A stretch of 64,000 nucleotides of DNA, taken from contig CAZJVY010000009.1 in NCBI GenBank assembly GCA_964549395.1, positions 23-64,022 of the forward strand, written 5' to 3'. The translations under genes were made by a program, and so were the position numbers. Below the pieces are notes generated by a model. The model saw only the letters and a list, made by a program, of their open reading frames with translations, had not been told where the DNA came from and searched no databases. The DNA is from an uncultured Armatimonadia bacterium. Lineage in GTDB: Bacteria > Armatimonadota > Zipacnadia > Zipacnadales > UBA11051. Shown piece after piece: positions 41,109 to 50,519 of the stretch; position 1 is the stretch's first letter; each line of letters starts with the position of its first letter.

Positions 41109-41825
41109 CTAGTGATACTCTCGCGGCCCGAAGATCGCCTGCCCCACCCGCACCAGAGTCGAGCCCTCCTCAATCGCCACCCGGTAGTCCGACGTCATCC
41201 CCATCGACAGATGGCGCAGATGCTCCGGCTCAACTCCCTGCTCCGACAACGCCTCTCGTATCTCTCGGAGCCGTGCATAGTACGGCCGCGCGTTTTCTGC
41301 ATTCTCGCTGAACGGCGCCATGCACATCAGGCCCTGCCAGTCCAGATGCTCGACGGCCAGCATCGCCTCCACCAGCCCCGGCAATTCCTCCTCCGGAGCG
41401 CCGAACTTGGTCTCTTCCTGCGCCAGGTCCAGTTGCAGCAGCACTGCCTGCTTGCATTGCCTCTGGTCTGCCCGCCGGTCCAACTCCTCAATCAGACGGA
41501 CACTGTCCACCGAGTGAATGAGATTACAGAAGTCCGCCAGGTACTTGACCTTGTTGCGCTGCAGGTGGCCTATGAAGTGCCAGCGCGGCTGCACCGGCAA
41601 CTCCCGCCCGGCCAGATCCTCCCGCTTCTCCACCATCTCCTGGACGTAGTTCTCACCCAGGTCAAGCGCGCCCGCCGCCACTGCCTCCAGGACCTCGGCT
41701 ATGCTTCGAGTCTTGGTCACCGCAATCAGCGCCACGTCCCCGGGACTGCGCCCGGCATTGGTGGCGGCCTCCGCGATCTCATCTACAACCTGCCTGAATC
41801 TCACTTCTATTTCCGACTGTGACAT
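41109..41825 (-). CDS. yggS: PLP homeostasis protein YggS/YlmE
   Basis: IAVTKT, GENYVQE, WHFIGHLQRNK, HSVD, LSMGM, VRVG. Confidence 0.96.
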   Translation of the reverse strand: MSQSEIEVRFRQVVDEIAEAATNAGRSPGDVALIAVTKTRSIAEVLEAVAAGALDLGENYVQEMVEKREDLAGRELPVQPRWHFIGHLQRNKVKYLADFCNLIHSVDSVRLIEELDRRADQRQCKQAVLLQLDLAQEETKFGAPEEELPGLVEAMLAVEHLDWQGLMCMAPFSENAENARPYYARLREIREALSEQGVEPEHLRHLSMGMTSDYRVAIEEGSTLVRVGQAIFGPREYH

Positions 41826-41887
41826 CGTGGCAGACCGTGCACTTCCATGCAACGCGTGGCGCGAACCTTTGCATACACGCCGCGCGC

Positions 41888-42754
41888 TCATTCCTCACTG
41901 AAATCCAGTGACCAGCCGCTCAAATCATCCTCCGCATCCTCTTCCTGCTTCTCCTCGGCAGCCGGCTTCTTCGGCGTTTCCTCGGCCTCTGCCGCAGTTG
42001 CCTCGCTGGCGGCCGGAGCCGCAGCCGGCACCTCGTCATCAAACCCCGGCAGGTCCGCCGGCACAGGTGGTGCCAGCTCATCCTCACTGACCTCCGCCGG
42101 CGCACCGCCACCCTCCATTGCCGGTGCCGGCGGCGCAGGTGGGGTCAGGTCCTCCTCGGCTTCCGACTCGGCAAGGGACAAGCCCTCCATCGAAAGCGCC
42201 GGTACCGACTCTTCTTCAGCCTCCTCAGAGGCCTCCACCGTCAGCGCTGCGCCTGTTGAAGCCATCGCATCATCCAGCGACATAGCAGGCTCCGGCGGCG
42301 GAGGCGCCAACTCCTCCTCGGCCCCCATTGCGCTCTCCTCCAGCATCAGCGCCGAAGGCGGCGCAAATTCTTCCTCTTCCGCTTCCGCCACCGCCGCAGG
42401 CCCGGGCGCTTCCTCACCGCGCGCTGCCGCCTGCTGCCGCTTGAACTCCTCGAATGCCGCCGCCTGATCCTCGTCAAGGCCCTCCATGAAGTCGCCTTCG
42501 TCCTCTTCAGCGACTCCGCTGGCCGTTGCTATCAGCGCCACCGCCGCCTCTACGAGGCCCGGAATGGCCGAGGCACCCTCGAGAAACGCCGTTCCGCAGG
42601 CACGGCAGAATCCGGCATCCCGGTCGTTCTCGTTCCCGCAGTTGGGGCACACCAGACCCACTCCGCCTGCGTCCAGGAAGCTGTAGCACATCAGGCAAGC
42701 GCCACGCTCCTGTCGGTTCCCGTAACCGCACTGACTACAGTACTTTTCCGCCAA
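41888..42754 (-). CDS. Double zinc-ribbon protein with long acidic Pro/Ala/Glu-rich disordered tail
   Basis: CSQC..CLMC and CPNC..CRAC; low-complexity acidic tail ending DDLSGWSLDFSEE. Confidence 0.8.
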   Translation of the reverse strand: MAEKYCSQCGYGNRQERGACLMCYSFLDAGGVGLVCPNCGNENDRDAGFCRACGTAFLEGASAIPGLVEAAVALIATASGVAEEDEGDFMEGLDEDQAAAFEEFKRQQAAARGEEAPGPAAVAEAEEEEFAPPSALMLEESAMGAEEELAPPPPEPAMSLDDAMASTGAALTVEASEEAEEESVPALSMEGLSLAESEAEEDLTPPAPPAPAMEGGGAPAEVSEDELAPPVPADLPGFDDEVPAAAPAASEATAAEAEETPKKPAAEEKQEEDAEDDLSGWSLDFSEE

Positions 42755-42814
42755 GATAATTACCGCCCTTGGGCTGCTTGTCGGTCAACGCACGACCGTC
42801 TTATCTCACAGCCG

Positions 42815-42844
42815 AGTATAACCTTACCACCTGCGCCTTGTCAA
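42815..42844 (-). promoter_or_regulatory. Sigma70-type promoter of the zinc-ribbon-yggS-sepF operon
   Basis: Minus TTGACA-18-TATACT. Confidence 0.7.
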
Positions 42845-42978
42845 GCTGACCGCAAATGCCTGCAAGGCCCGCAAGAACGCCGCAAAACGCCCTTCTTCTG
42901 CCCGTGCTCCGACGCTCCTTCTACCTACGTATCCTAGCCCTCGCACCTCGCTATTCATTGACGATTGATTCCTTCGCG

Positions 42979-43270
42979 GTAGGGGCGCACTGTGTGCGCC
43001 CGCATCTACCTGGATCACGGGTAGTGGACTCGGGCTGGAAGCTGCGAACAGGACGGATGTCATGTTCGCACCTGAGCTAGGCGACAAGAAGGGGAAGACG
43101 CGCCGGAACACATGAACGCGGAGGGCAGGCATCCTTGCCTGCCGCCGTTTGCCGTTGCCTCCGGTAGGGGCGCACTGCGTGCGCCCGAACCACACGATAG
43201 CAGAAGGGAAAGGCGTGGTGGTCCTGCCTTGGTTGAGCTAGCAGTCCCTGGCAATGGGTCGAGGGGCGTT
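42979..43270 (+). repeat. REP-like mosaic A-B-E-A-F
   Basis: GTAGGGGCGCACTG(T/C)GTGCGCCC at 42979 and 43164; B 43028-43079; E 43118-43143; degenerate F tail. Confidence 0.8.
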
Positions 43271-45529
43271 CTACCGCGCCGGGGGAAGGTGTCGTGCCAG
43301 CGAGGTCAGGCACACGATCAGGAACACTACGCCTTCCGAGGGCAGGAGGTCCTGCGGCGCGTCCGCCAGATATGTCCTGATCGCGTAGGCCGCCCGTTCG
43401 CTCCGCAGCGGTAGGTCCTCTCGGGTCGCCACGAGCTCCGCTATGCGCCGGCAATAGGCTGCGAAATCCTCGTCGCGGTCATCCTTGAGGGCGGCGATTG
43501 CCTGGTCCACGGCCTGCAGCAGCTCCGCGTACAGCTCCCAACCCTGCCAGTCCGCGCCCCGCAGCAGCCTCCTCACGCGCTGCATCATCGCCTCGCGCAG
43601 GCCCGCCCGCTGCAGGTCGTTGGCGGTCGCTATCCGGTAGAAGTGGTTCTTTTCGCCCAGCACGCGGCACACCGCGTTGATCGCCTGCAGCCGCACCACC
43701 GGGTTCTTCAGCGATGTCAGCCCGGCAAGCGCCGGCTCCACCACTCGCAGGTCGTTGGTCTGTGCTGCGGCGTCAACCAGGGCGGGGAATAGGTTCACAT
43801 CAAGCGGGCCCTGCAGCAGCCCCAGCAGCGCCTCGGTGGCCTGCGCCGTTCCCACGTATCCGAGAGCCTGTACCGCCGACACTCTCACTCTCATGTCAGG
43901 GTCTTCCAGCGCGTGCAGTAGCGGCCCGATGCTCTCCTCCCGGCCGATCTTGCCCAACGCCTCAGCCGCCTCCGGGCGGATGTCGGACTCCTCGTCCTCC
44001 AGTGCCTGGATCAGCGGGTCCACCGCCTCCTCGAACTTCCCCTCGCCGATGCCCAGAGCCGCCTCGGCACGCACCCGATGTGACACGTGCCCCAGCGCGT
44101 GCAGCAGCCGACTCACCGCCAGCGGGCTGCCCGACCGTCCCAGACCCCTGATCGCCTCGGCCCGCGTCTCATCCTCACGCGCCGCCATGTACAGCGCCCA
44201 GTTGTACGCGAACGACAGCAGGTTCCCTCGGAATTGCCCCAGCAGGTAGCGCGGAGACGCCGCCGCCTCCTCCCTCAGCAGCGCTGCGAATATCAGAGCG
44301 AACAGGTACAGCCCCGCCGACAGCAGGAAGATCATCTGGATGCTGTTGAGGCTGTGTCCCAGCACCACGGTCTCAGCCGGCAGGGCGTTGCGCAGGAATC
44401 CGCCCGCGAACGGACCCACTGCCGACCCCACCGACGCCACTGCCATCCACACTCCGAAATATGCGCTGTTCTCCCTACCCCTCGGCACGATCTTGAACAG
44501 CAGGCTGCTCGTGGCCACGAAGATCCCCGACCAGGCGATCCCGTTGACTATGAACACCACCGGCAGCAGCCAGCCGGCGTTCTGCTTCGTCGCCAGCGAC
44601 CACAGCACCGCCGTCCCTACCACCGGCACGCCCAGTATCTGCATCAGCGGCTTGGAGCCGTACCGCTGCGCCAGCGTGGCGAAACCCAGGTAGCCCAGCA
44701 TCATGCAGAACAGCGCCAGGTTCGTATAGATCGCTATGCTGCTGTAGTGCATCTCCAGGTACTTAATCATGTACACCCCGTAGAACGCACTGGCCATCTG
44801 CAGCGGTATCAGCCGCACCACCAGGTACACGCACAGCCGCCGGAACGAGGCGTTGCGCAGCGGAGTGAGCAGGCTCCGGGCGAACCCGCCCTCACCCGCC
44901 GACGGCTGGACCTGCGGATACGGCGTCGTTCCCAGCACCGCGTAGCCCGCCAGACCCGCCATCCAGCCCAGCACGAACACCGTCAGAAAGCCGTAGTAGC
45001 TCTCATCCATATGGTCAATCCAAAGCCCCGCCAGGTACAGGTGCACCATCGAGACGATCGTCGTCACGCTCATCTGTTTGCCGATGAACGGCCCGCGATG
45101 CCACTCCGGCAGCACATTGCTCAGCCACGTGTTATACATCGGGCTCAGCGTATGCCCCAGCAGATAGGCCGTGGTCAGGCAACACGCGATCCCCATGAAC
45201 CGGTACTGCTCCGGCACCCACGCCATGAGAATCACCGCACTCGCCGCCGTGATCTCGAACGGGCCCAGAGTCAGCAGGAACCGCGACTTGTTCTCCACGT
45301 GCCGCCCGATGTAGAAGCTGAACACCTCCCACACCCCGATTAGCCCGCTCACACCCACCAAAAACGCTATCTGCGCCTCGGTCACGCCGATGGACAGCGC
45401 GTAGCCGGTGAAGATCGCCGCCGCCGGAGTCGCGATGGGGTTATACAGCGTCCACAGTGCAGGGCCTGCGATGAAGTTGCGCAATGCGTGCGCAGTCGCT
45501 TGTTGGGGTAGAACGGGCTGCTCAGACAT
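43271..45529 (-). CDS. MFS transporter fused to C-terminal HEAT/PBS-lyase repeats
   Basis: About 420 aa of multi-TM MFS-like sequence followed by repeats such as VRAEAALGIG, IRPEAAEALG, VRVSAVQALG. Confidence 0.85.
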   Translation of the reverse strand: MSEQPVLPQQATAHALRNFIAGPALWTLYNPIATPAAAIFTGYALSIGVTEAQIAFLVGVSGLIGVWEVFSFYIGRHVENKSRFLLTLGPFEITAASAVILMAWVPEQYRFMGIACCLTTAYLLGHTLSPMYNTWLSNVLPEWHRGPFIGKQMSVTTIVSMVHLYLAGLWIDHMDESYYGFLTVFVLGWMAGLAGYAVLGTTPYPQVQPSAGEGGFARSLLTPLRNASFRRLCVYLVVRLIPLQMASAFYGVYMIKYLEMHYSSIAIYTNLALFCMMLGYLGFATLAQRYGSKPLMQILGVPVVGTAVLWSLATKQNAGWLLPVVFIVNGIAWSGIFVATSSLLFKIVPRGRENSAYFGVWMAVASVGSAVGPFAGGFLRNALPAETVVLGHSLNSIQMIFLLSAGLYLFALIFAALLREEAAASPRYLLGQFRGNLLSFAYNWALYMAAREDETRAEAIRGLGRSGSPLAVSRLLHALGHVSHRVRAEAALGIGEGKFEEAVDPLIQALEDEESDIRPEAAEALGKIGREESIGPLLHALEDPDMRVRVSAVQALGYVGTAQATEALLGLLQGPLDVNLFPALVDAAAQTNDLRVVEPALAGLTSLKNPVVRLQAINAVCRVLGEKNHFYRIATANDLQRAGLREAMMQRVRRLLRGADWQGWELYAELLQAVDQAIAALKDDRDEDFAAYCRRIAELVATREDLPLRSERAAYAIRTYLADAPQDLLPSEGVVFLIVCLTSLARHLPPAR

Positions 45530-45599
45530 GGGGACCCAACCAAAGTGCTGTTACTGGCAATACCTGTGCCACGTCATTGCTCTCTCATCCGTCGGCGGC

Positions 45600-45723
45600 T
45601 GCATCTCTCGCTATCGCATAGGCCGGGCTTCGCGTCTTTCGCTATCGCACAGGCCGGGCTCTACATCTTCCAGTTCGGCACGGCTCAAGCTCTGCATCTC
45701 TTGCTCCAGCGCGGCTCCGGCTT
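45600..45723. repeat. Four degenerate 31-bp tandem repeats
   Basis: Units 45600-45630, 45631-45661, 45662-45692 and 45693-45723 align without gaps. Confidence 0.75.
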
Positions 45724-45835
45724 CCAGCCCGGAGATGCACATTGTCGTGACATGCTTGAAATTCAACGTCCGGACCGAACTGAATCGCGCGGGCACTGGC
45801 ATTGGTATTTCCGGTATTGGTGTTTTCTTCGCCTG

Positions 45836-45864
45836 ATATATCAGGAACGCGTCGCCGAGTCAAT
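45836..45864 (-). promoter_or_regulatory. Possible promoter of the MFS-HEAT gene
   Basis: Minus TTGACT-17-TATATC. Confidence 0.4.
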
Positions 45865-46078
45865 AGCAAACCGAATCCAGCAATCCCTCGAGCAACTACG
45901 CGCAGCAATGATTGCGCGGAGGGCAGGCATCCTGGTTATGCTCAGAAACGCTGATTCGGCACTGCTGTGGGCCTCACAAACGCTCTCAGGTCCGTTGGCA
46001 GCGGTTTCCTGAGCGCAACTGATGCTTCTTGAACATAACCTCATTGTCTGCCGCCTTCTCACGCACACATTCTCTTTG

Positions 46079-46422
46079 CGTGGCACAGGCTTTCCAGCCT
46101 GTGCTCCTTGTGTCTCGTTCGTAGGACGGGCGTCTCTGCCCGTCGTCGTTGTCTTGTAGGGCGCGGGCCTGTACCGCGCTGCCGTTGCTGTTTGCCCTGC
46201 CGTTGTCGTGTGCCATGCCGTTGCCGTCAGGAGGGGCCCGCCGACGTCCGGTTGCGTCGTGTGCAACCGGACGGAGACTGGCCCGCGCACACCACTATCC
46301 GCCAATGAGTGACTCCGGCTGGAAAGCCGGAGCCACGCGACAAGAACAAGGGGAGGGCGTGGTGGCGGTGCCCTGGCTCGGTTAGGAGTCTTTGGGAAGG
46401 GTTCCCCCCTGGCGCTGCTCTG
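46079..46422 (+). repeat. REP-like mosaic C-D-linker-G-C'-F
   Basis: GTGGCACAGGCTTTCCAGCCTGTG, GTAGGACGGGCGTCTCTGCCCGTC, (GTTGCC)n-like linker, CGTCCGGTTGC..GCAACCGGACG, CTCCGGCTGGAAAGCCGGAGCCAC, F tail. Confidence 0.85.
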
Positions 46423-47505
46423 TTACCACTCTATGTTCTGTTCGCGGCCGGTCGCCGCAGACTCGTAGATCGCCTCGGCCACCTTGAGCACGTACAGCGC
46501 GTCATGCTGCGTCGCGGGCGGCTCGGTCCCGGCTGCCACCGCCTCCAGGAACGCCTCGAGGAACAGGGGACAATACCCGCCTCCGCCTTCCGACCGCCCT
46601 GATGCTGCGCGGGTCGTGTCCACCGCCGCACCCTCCGCTGCGTACTCAAACCCCGGCGCCTTGCTCCGCAGCCACAGCACGGCGTCCTTCCTCCCCGGGA
46701 CGTACGCCAGCGCTCCCTGCGACCCCTCGAAGCTCATCATCAGGTCGTTGTCGTCGTAGCCCAGGTAGGGGGCGCGCAGGTACCCCGCACGCAGGGACCC
46801 GATCGCGCCGTTTTCGAGCCGCAGGTTCGCGCAGGCCACGTCCTCCACGCTCACGCCGGGGTACTTTGAGTCCGCCATCGCGCTGACCGACACCACCCGG
46901 CTCTGCGTTGCCAGCCGCAGCGTATCCAGCCAGTGGCAGGCCAGCCAGTAGATGATCCCTCCGCCGGCCGCCTCCTTGTCGAACAGCCAGTTCTCCACAC
47001 CGCGCAGCCCCGCCGTCGAGGTGCTCCAGACGGCCTGAAACGACCATAGCTTTCCGACCGCACCCGCCCGCAGGGCGTCAATCAGCGCCATTGTGTCCGC
47101 GTATTGCCTTCTGCCGTAGCACGGGCAGAACCACGTGCCGGTCCGCTCGCCGACGGCTACGATCTCTTCCATGTCCGCGACGTTGGCGGCCCCCGGCTTA
47201 TCCCCGTAAACCCACTTCCCGGCCTCCATCGCCTGCCCGGTCAGCCGGCCCGCGTCGCGGTTATTGGTCAGAATGCATACTGCCGGGATGCTCTCATCCG
47301 CCAGCATGGCCTCCCAGCCGTCGGCGTAGTAACTCCCTCGGCTGAGGGTGTCGGCGCGCCCTCGTGCGGCCGTCTCATTCGGGTCCCACACCAGCACCCG
47401 TTCGATGCCTGCAACCGAATCCAGCGCCTCGTAGTGCCCGGCCGCGTGTGGGTGATCCAGCCCGTACACGCCCATCTCGATGCCGCCGTTGTCCCTGCTA
47501 CTCAC
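46423..47505 (-). CDS. Gfo/Idh/MocA family oxidoreductase
   Basis: Rossmann N-terminus, DKPG (EKP-like), GGGII..ACHWLD, VED; start GTG 47505 (8 nt after AAGGAGG) or ATG 47511. Confidence 0.88.
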   Translation of the reverse strand: MSSRDNGGIEMGVYGLDHPHAAGHYEALDSVAGIERVLVWDPNETAARGRADTLSRGSYYADGWEAMLADESIPAVCILTNNRDAGRLTGQAMEAGKWVYGDKPGAANVADMEEIVAVGERTGTWFCPCYGRRQYADTMALIDALRAGAVGKLWSFQAVWSTSTAGLRGVENWLFDKEAAGGGIIYWLACHWLDTLRLATQSRVVSVSAMADSKYPGVSVEDVACANLRLENGAIGSLRAGYLRAPYLGYDDNDLMMSFEGSQGALAYVPGRKDAVLWLRSKAPGFEYAAEGAAVDTTRAASGRSEGGGGYCPLFLEAFLEAVAAGTEPPATQHDALYVLKVAEAIYESAATGREQNIEW

Positions 47506-47597
47506 ACCCATCGCCTCCTTTGAACCACGCGACGATAGCTAACGCGCCGTGGCGGCCATCTCTCCGCCGCCGCCGTCCCGAGCACAGTCAGTTTCAC
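47502..47597 (-). pseudogene. 31-aa ORF, apparent N-terminal remnant of a PhnP-like MBL hydrolase
   Basis: AAGGAGG SD, GTG start, MKLTVLGTAAAERWPPRRVSYRRVVQRRRWV; stop overlaps the next GTG (GTGA). Confidence 0.6.
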
Positions 47598-47680
47598 TGC
47601 CCAGCCTCCTTGTGCGACGCATTTGCTCGCCTTCACATCGCTATCGGCCAACGCGTCGCCGCTTCCCGCCTTCGCGGGCC

Positions 47681-47708
47681 ATTATACTACTGGGGCCTGG
47701 GCGGTCAA
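47681..47708 (-). promoter_or_regulatory. Sigma70-type promoter
   Basis: Minus TTGACC-16-TATAAT. Confidence 0.7.
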
Positions 47709-47869
47709 GGCGCCGCACAAGTGTCACGCGAGGCCCATTCTCCCGTCGCGCGCAGCAGGGCGGAAGCCGTGGCGGCCGGCCCCCGACGCCTCTCCGGCGC
47801 TTTCGCTCCGGATACGCAGGGGGAGTATCCAGAGCGCATACCCATCACTCTCTGATGCCGCCGCGCTCG

Positions 47870-48260
47870 GCATTCTCCGTAACAAAGATATCGCTTAAAG
47901 TTCCCAAACATATCACAAACAGGCAAGAGGTCGCGGGCAAACCAGGAGGAAACTAGCATTACAGCCGCCGGATTGCTCGAACAGGCTACGTCATTATTCG
48001 CAAAAAATCAACAAAATACCGCAAAATTTCCTTTGCAACCCACACAGCCCGTGTGATATAGTTTTCCACAGTGACCAAGACAGTGATCGAGACGCGGAAG
48101 GCGAGCGGATTTTGAGGCGCGAGAGAGCGCCTTGGACATAAATAGGACATAATATAACTGCTCTAGACCACATGTAGTCTTCTTCGCAGCATACTCCACG
48201 CAAAGTTGCATATATTACCGCAGCCGCCCATTTGTTTGCCATTCTGTGGTATACACCGTT
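47870..48260. other. Putative replication origin oriC
   Basis: Most AT-rich stretch of the window by eye; TTTTCCACA at 48062-48070 next to inverted TGTGATATA; phased A-tracts; upstream of dnaA; GC-skew sign change. Confidence 0.7.
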
Positions 48261-48650
48261 CCCAGCATCTGTTGGTGTTCTCCAGCAGGGGAAGCCGTCA
48301 CTCGATTCAGGTGGACTGCATAGGGCAACTTGACATAGCCGGTGATGCACAGCGCTGAGGAGGCGCGCTTGCTCGCGCGGCGGACGCGGTGGCCTTCGAA
48401 TGGGCCGGCTGGACGAGCGGCGCATGCGGTACGCGGAGGGCATGACTCCGAGTAGTGTTTCGAGGCGGCGGGCAAGCGCAGGCGTGCAGGGGCAATCGCG
48501 GAGCGCCAGTGGTGCGCACAGGTGCGGCACATTCACCGAGCGGATATTGGCCTTTTCAGAAAAGGGCACGGCCGGGCAGGGGCCTGTTTCCATCGTAGCT
48601 TGGAGAAGCGAAACGTGTTCTGAAGAGGCGAGAGGGAAGGGTGTTACGAC

Positions 48651-50033
48651 GTGCCCGAGGAGCGACTGTCGGCCAGCCAGGCCTTGTGGGAACAGGTATT
48701 GCCACTCCTGAAGGAGCGGATGGGGCCTGCCACGTTCGACGGGGTGTTGAGGCAGTCGGTGCCGCTGTCCTACGAGGAAGGGACGTTCATCCTCGGCGTG
48801 CCCAACGACTTCGCCGCCAACATGCTGTCCAACCAGCACCGGCCGCTCATCCAGGCCTCGCTGGAGGAACTGGCGCACCAGCCGGTAGCACTGGTTACCC
48901 AGGTCCACTCCCAGCCGGCCGGCGCCGAGGCACCGGCGGCAGAGAAGACGCCAGCGGCTCCGGCGGCCGCCGCAGCGCCCGCAAGGCGGCATGACGAGGC
49001 GCGCGGCATGCTCAACCTCCGCTACACCTTCGAGAACTTTGTAGTCGCAGACTGCAACCGCTTCGCTCACGCCGCGGCCACACAGGTCTCCCGCTCGCCG
49101 GGCACGGCCTACAACCCCCTGTTCATTCACTCCAAGGTCGGCCTGGGCAAGACGCACTTGATGCAGGCCATCGGTCACCGCGTGCTGCAGCGCGACCCGC
49201 ATGCACGCGTCATGTACATTTCCGCCGAGCACTTCGTCAATGAGCTGATCACTGCCATCCGCGACAACCGCACGGCCAGCTTCCGCGCCAAGTACCGCAA
49301 CGTGGACGTGCTACTGATGGACGACATCCAGTTCATCGCCGCAATTGACGGGCCGACCTCCGAAGAAGAATTCTTCCACACCTTCAATGCCATCTACGAA
49401 AGCGACAAGCAGCTTGTGATCGCCTGCGACGCCCCGCCCCGGCAATTGCAGACGCTCTCGCCGCGCGTACGCAGCAGGCTGGAGGCGGGGATCGTCGCCG
49501 ACCTGCGCTGCCCGGACGTGGAGACCAGGATTGCGATCCTGGAGAAGAAGGCGCAGGCGGAGGGCATCGAGCTGGACCGCGAGATCCTCGAGTACGTGGC
49601 CAAGAAGATCGAGTCCAACATCCGCGTGCTGGAAGGGGCGCTGCTGAAGATCTGCGCATCGGTATCGCTCAGCGGCGTGCATCCGACCCTTGCCATCGTA
49701 GAGGAGATCATCAAGGACTACTCGACCAACGGCGAGGACAAGCACATCAATGTGGATGACATCGTGGCGTTCGTCGGCGCGCAAATGGACACCGCGCAGC
49801 AGGCGATTGTGGGGCCGAAGCGCAGCAGGGAGATCGTGTGGCCACGGCAGATCGCCATCTATCTGACGCGCGAGCTGACCGACTTGAGTCTGATAGATAT
49901 CGGCAGGCACTTCGGCGGGCGCGACCACAGCACCGTGCTGCACGCCTACAACAAGGTGAGCGAGCTGGTGGCCGAAGACGAGAAAGTCATGTGGCTGATA
50001 AACAACTTCAAGAGCGCCTTGCAGCACTCGTAA
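48651..50033 (+). CDS. dnaA: Chromosomal replication initiator DnaA
   Basis: YTFENFV, YNPLFI..VGLGKTHL, DDIQF, EEFFHTFN, RSRL, NIRVLEGAL, RQIAIYL, FGGRDHSTVLHA. Confidence 0.97.
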   Translation: MPEERLSASQALWEQVLPLLKERMGPATFDGVLRQSVPLSYEEGTFILGVPNDFAANMLSNQHRPLIQASLEELAHQPVALVTQVHSQPAGAEAPAAEKTPAAPAAAAAPARRHDEARGMLNLRYTFENFVVADCNRFAHAAATQVSRSPGTAYNPLFIHSKVGLGKTHLMQAIGHRVLQRDPHARVMYISAEHFVNELITAIRDNRTASFRAKYRNVDVLLMDDIQFIAAIDGPTSEEEFFHTFNAIYESDKQLVIACDAPPRQLQTLSPRVRSRLEAGIVADLRCPDVETRIAILEKKAQAEGIELDREILEYVAKKIESNIRVLEGALLKICASVSLSGVHPTLAIVEEIIKDYSTNGEDKHINVDDIVAFVGAQMDTAQQAIVGPKRSREIVWPRQIAIYLTRELTDLSLIDIGRHFGGRDHSTVLHAYNKVSELVAEDEKVMWLINNFKSALQHS

Positions 50034-50130
50034 GTATGGCAAATTTGTGCATATTGTGAAGTGGCCAGGAGGGAGGCCTGCGGGGGATTTCGGCAAGGCG
50101 AACCCGGCCTGATTCGGTCGTAGCGCGGTT

Positions 50131-50155
50131 GCCGCCTTTTACGGGCGGCTTTTTT
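50131..50155 (+). terminator. Intrinsic terminator after dnaA
   Basis: GCCGCC-loop-GGCGGC-TTTTTT. Confidence 0.8.
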
Positions 50156-50519
50156 CGTGGAAACCCTCCCCCCTTACGAGCGCCTGAGAATCAATGCCTC
50201 GTGGCCTCGGCGTGCGCGCAGGTGTACCCCCCTGGCGGCCAATGCCCACCCCCTTACCGCCCGGCAAGCGGCCCGGTCAGAGGGCCATGGGAAGCCGGGA
50301 AGCCATGGCAGAGCGGGGCTGATGAGGGGTAAGGGCTGATTCGGTGATCGGGCCGAAAAAGGGCCAGGGCGGAAGGGTACTTCCGCAAATCGCCACGAGG
50401 CCCTGAGCGCGCGGGGCTGAAGGGTTGGAGGGTTCCTTCAGAATTGTGAAAAGTTGTGAACGCGGGGAATAGGGCTCCCGCCCCGCGCCACCGCACAGCC
50501 ACCTCGCCCCGCTCACCAT

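Noticed and set aside
45600-45723. Possible CRISPR array
   Set aside because: Units are directly adjacent with no unique spacers, and no cas genes are present.
47780-47875. Hairpins left of the origin as a tRNA or riboswitch
   Set aside because: No cloverleaf, T-loop or recognisable aptamer consensus.
48260-48650. Searched for rpmH or a leader gene upstream of dnaA
   Set aside because: No MKRT-type L34 frame or other credible ORF was found on either strand.
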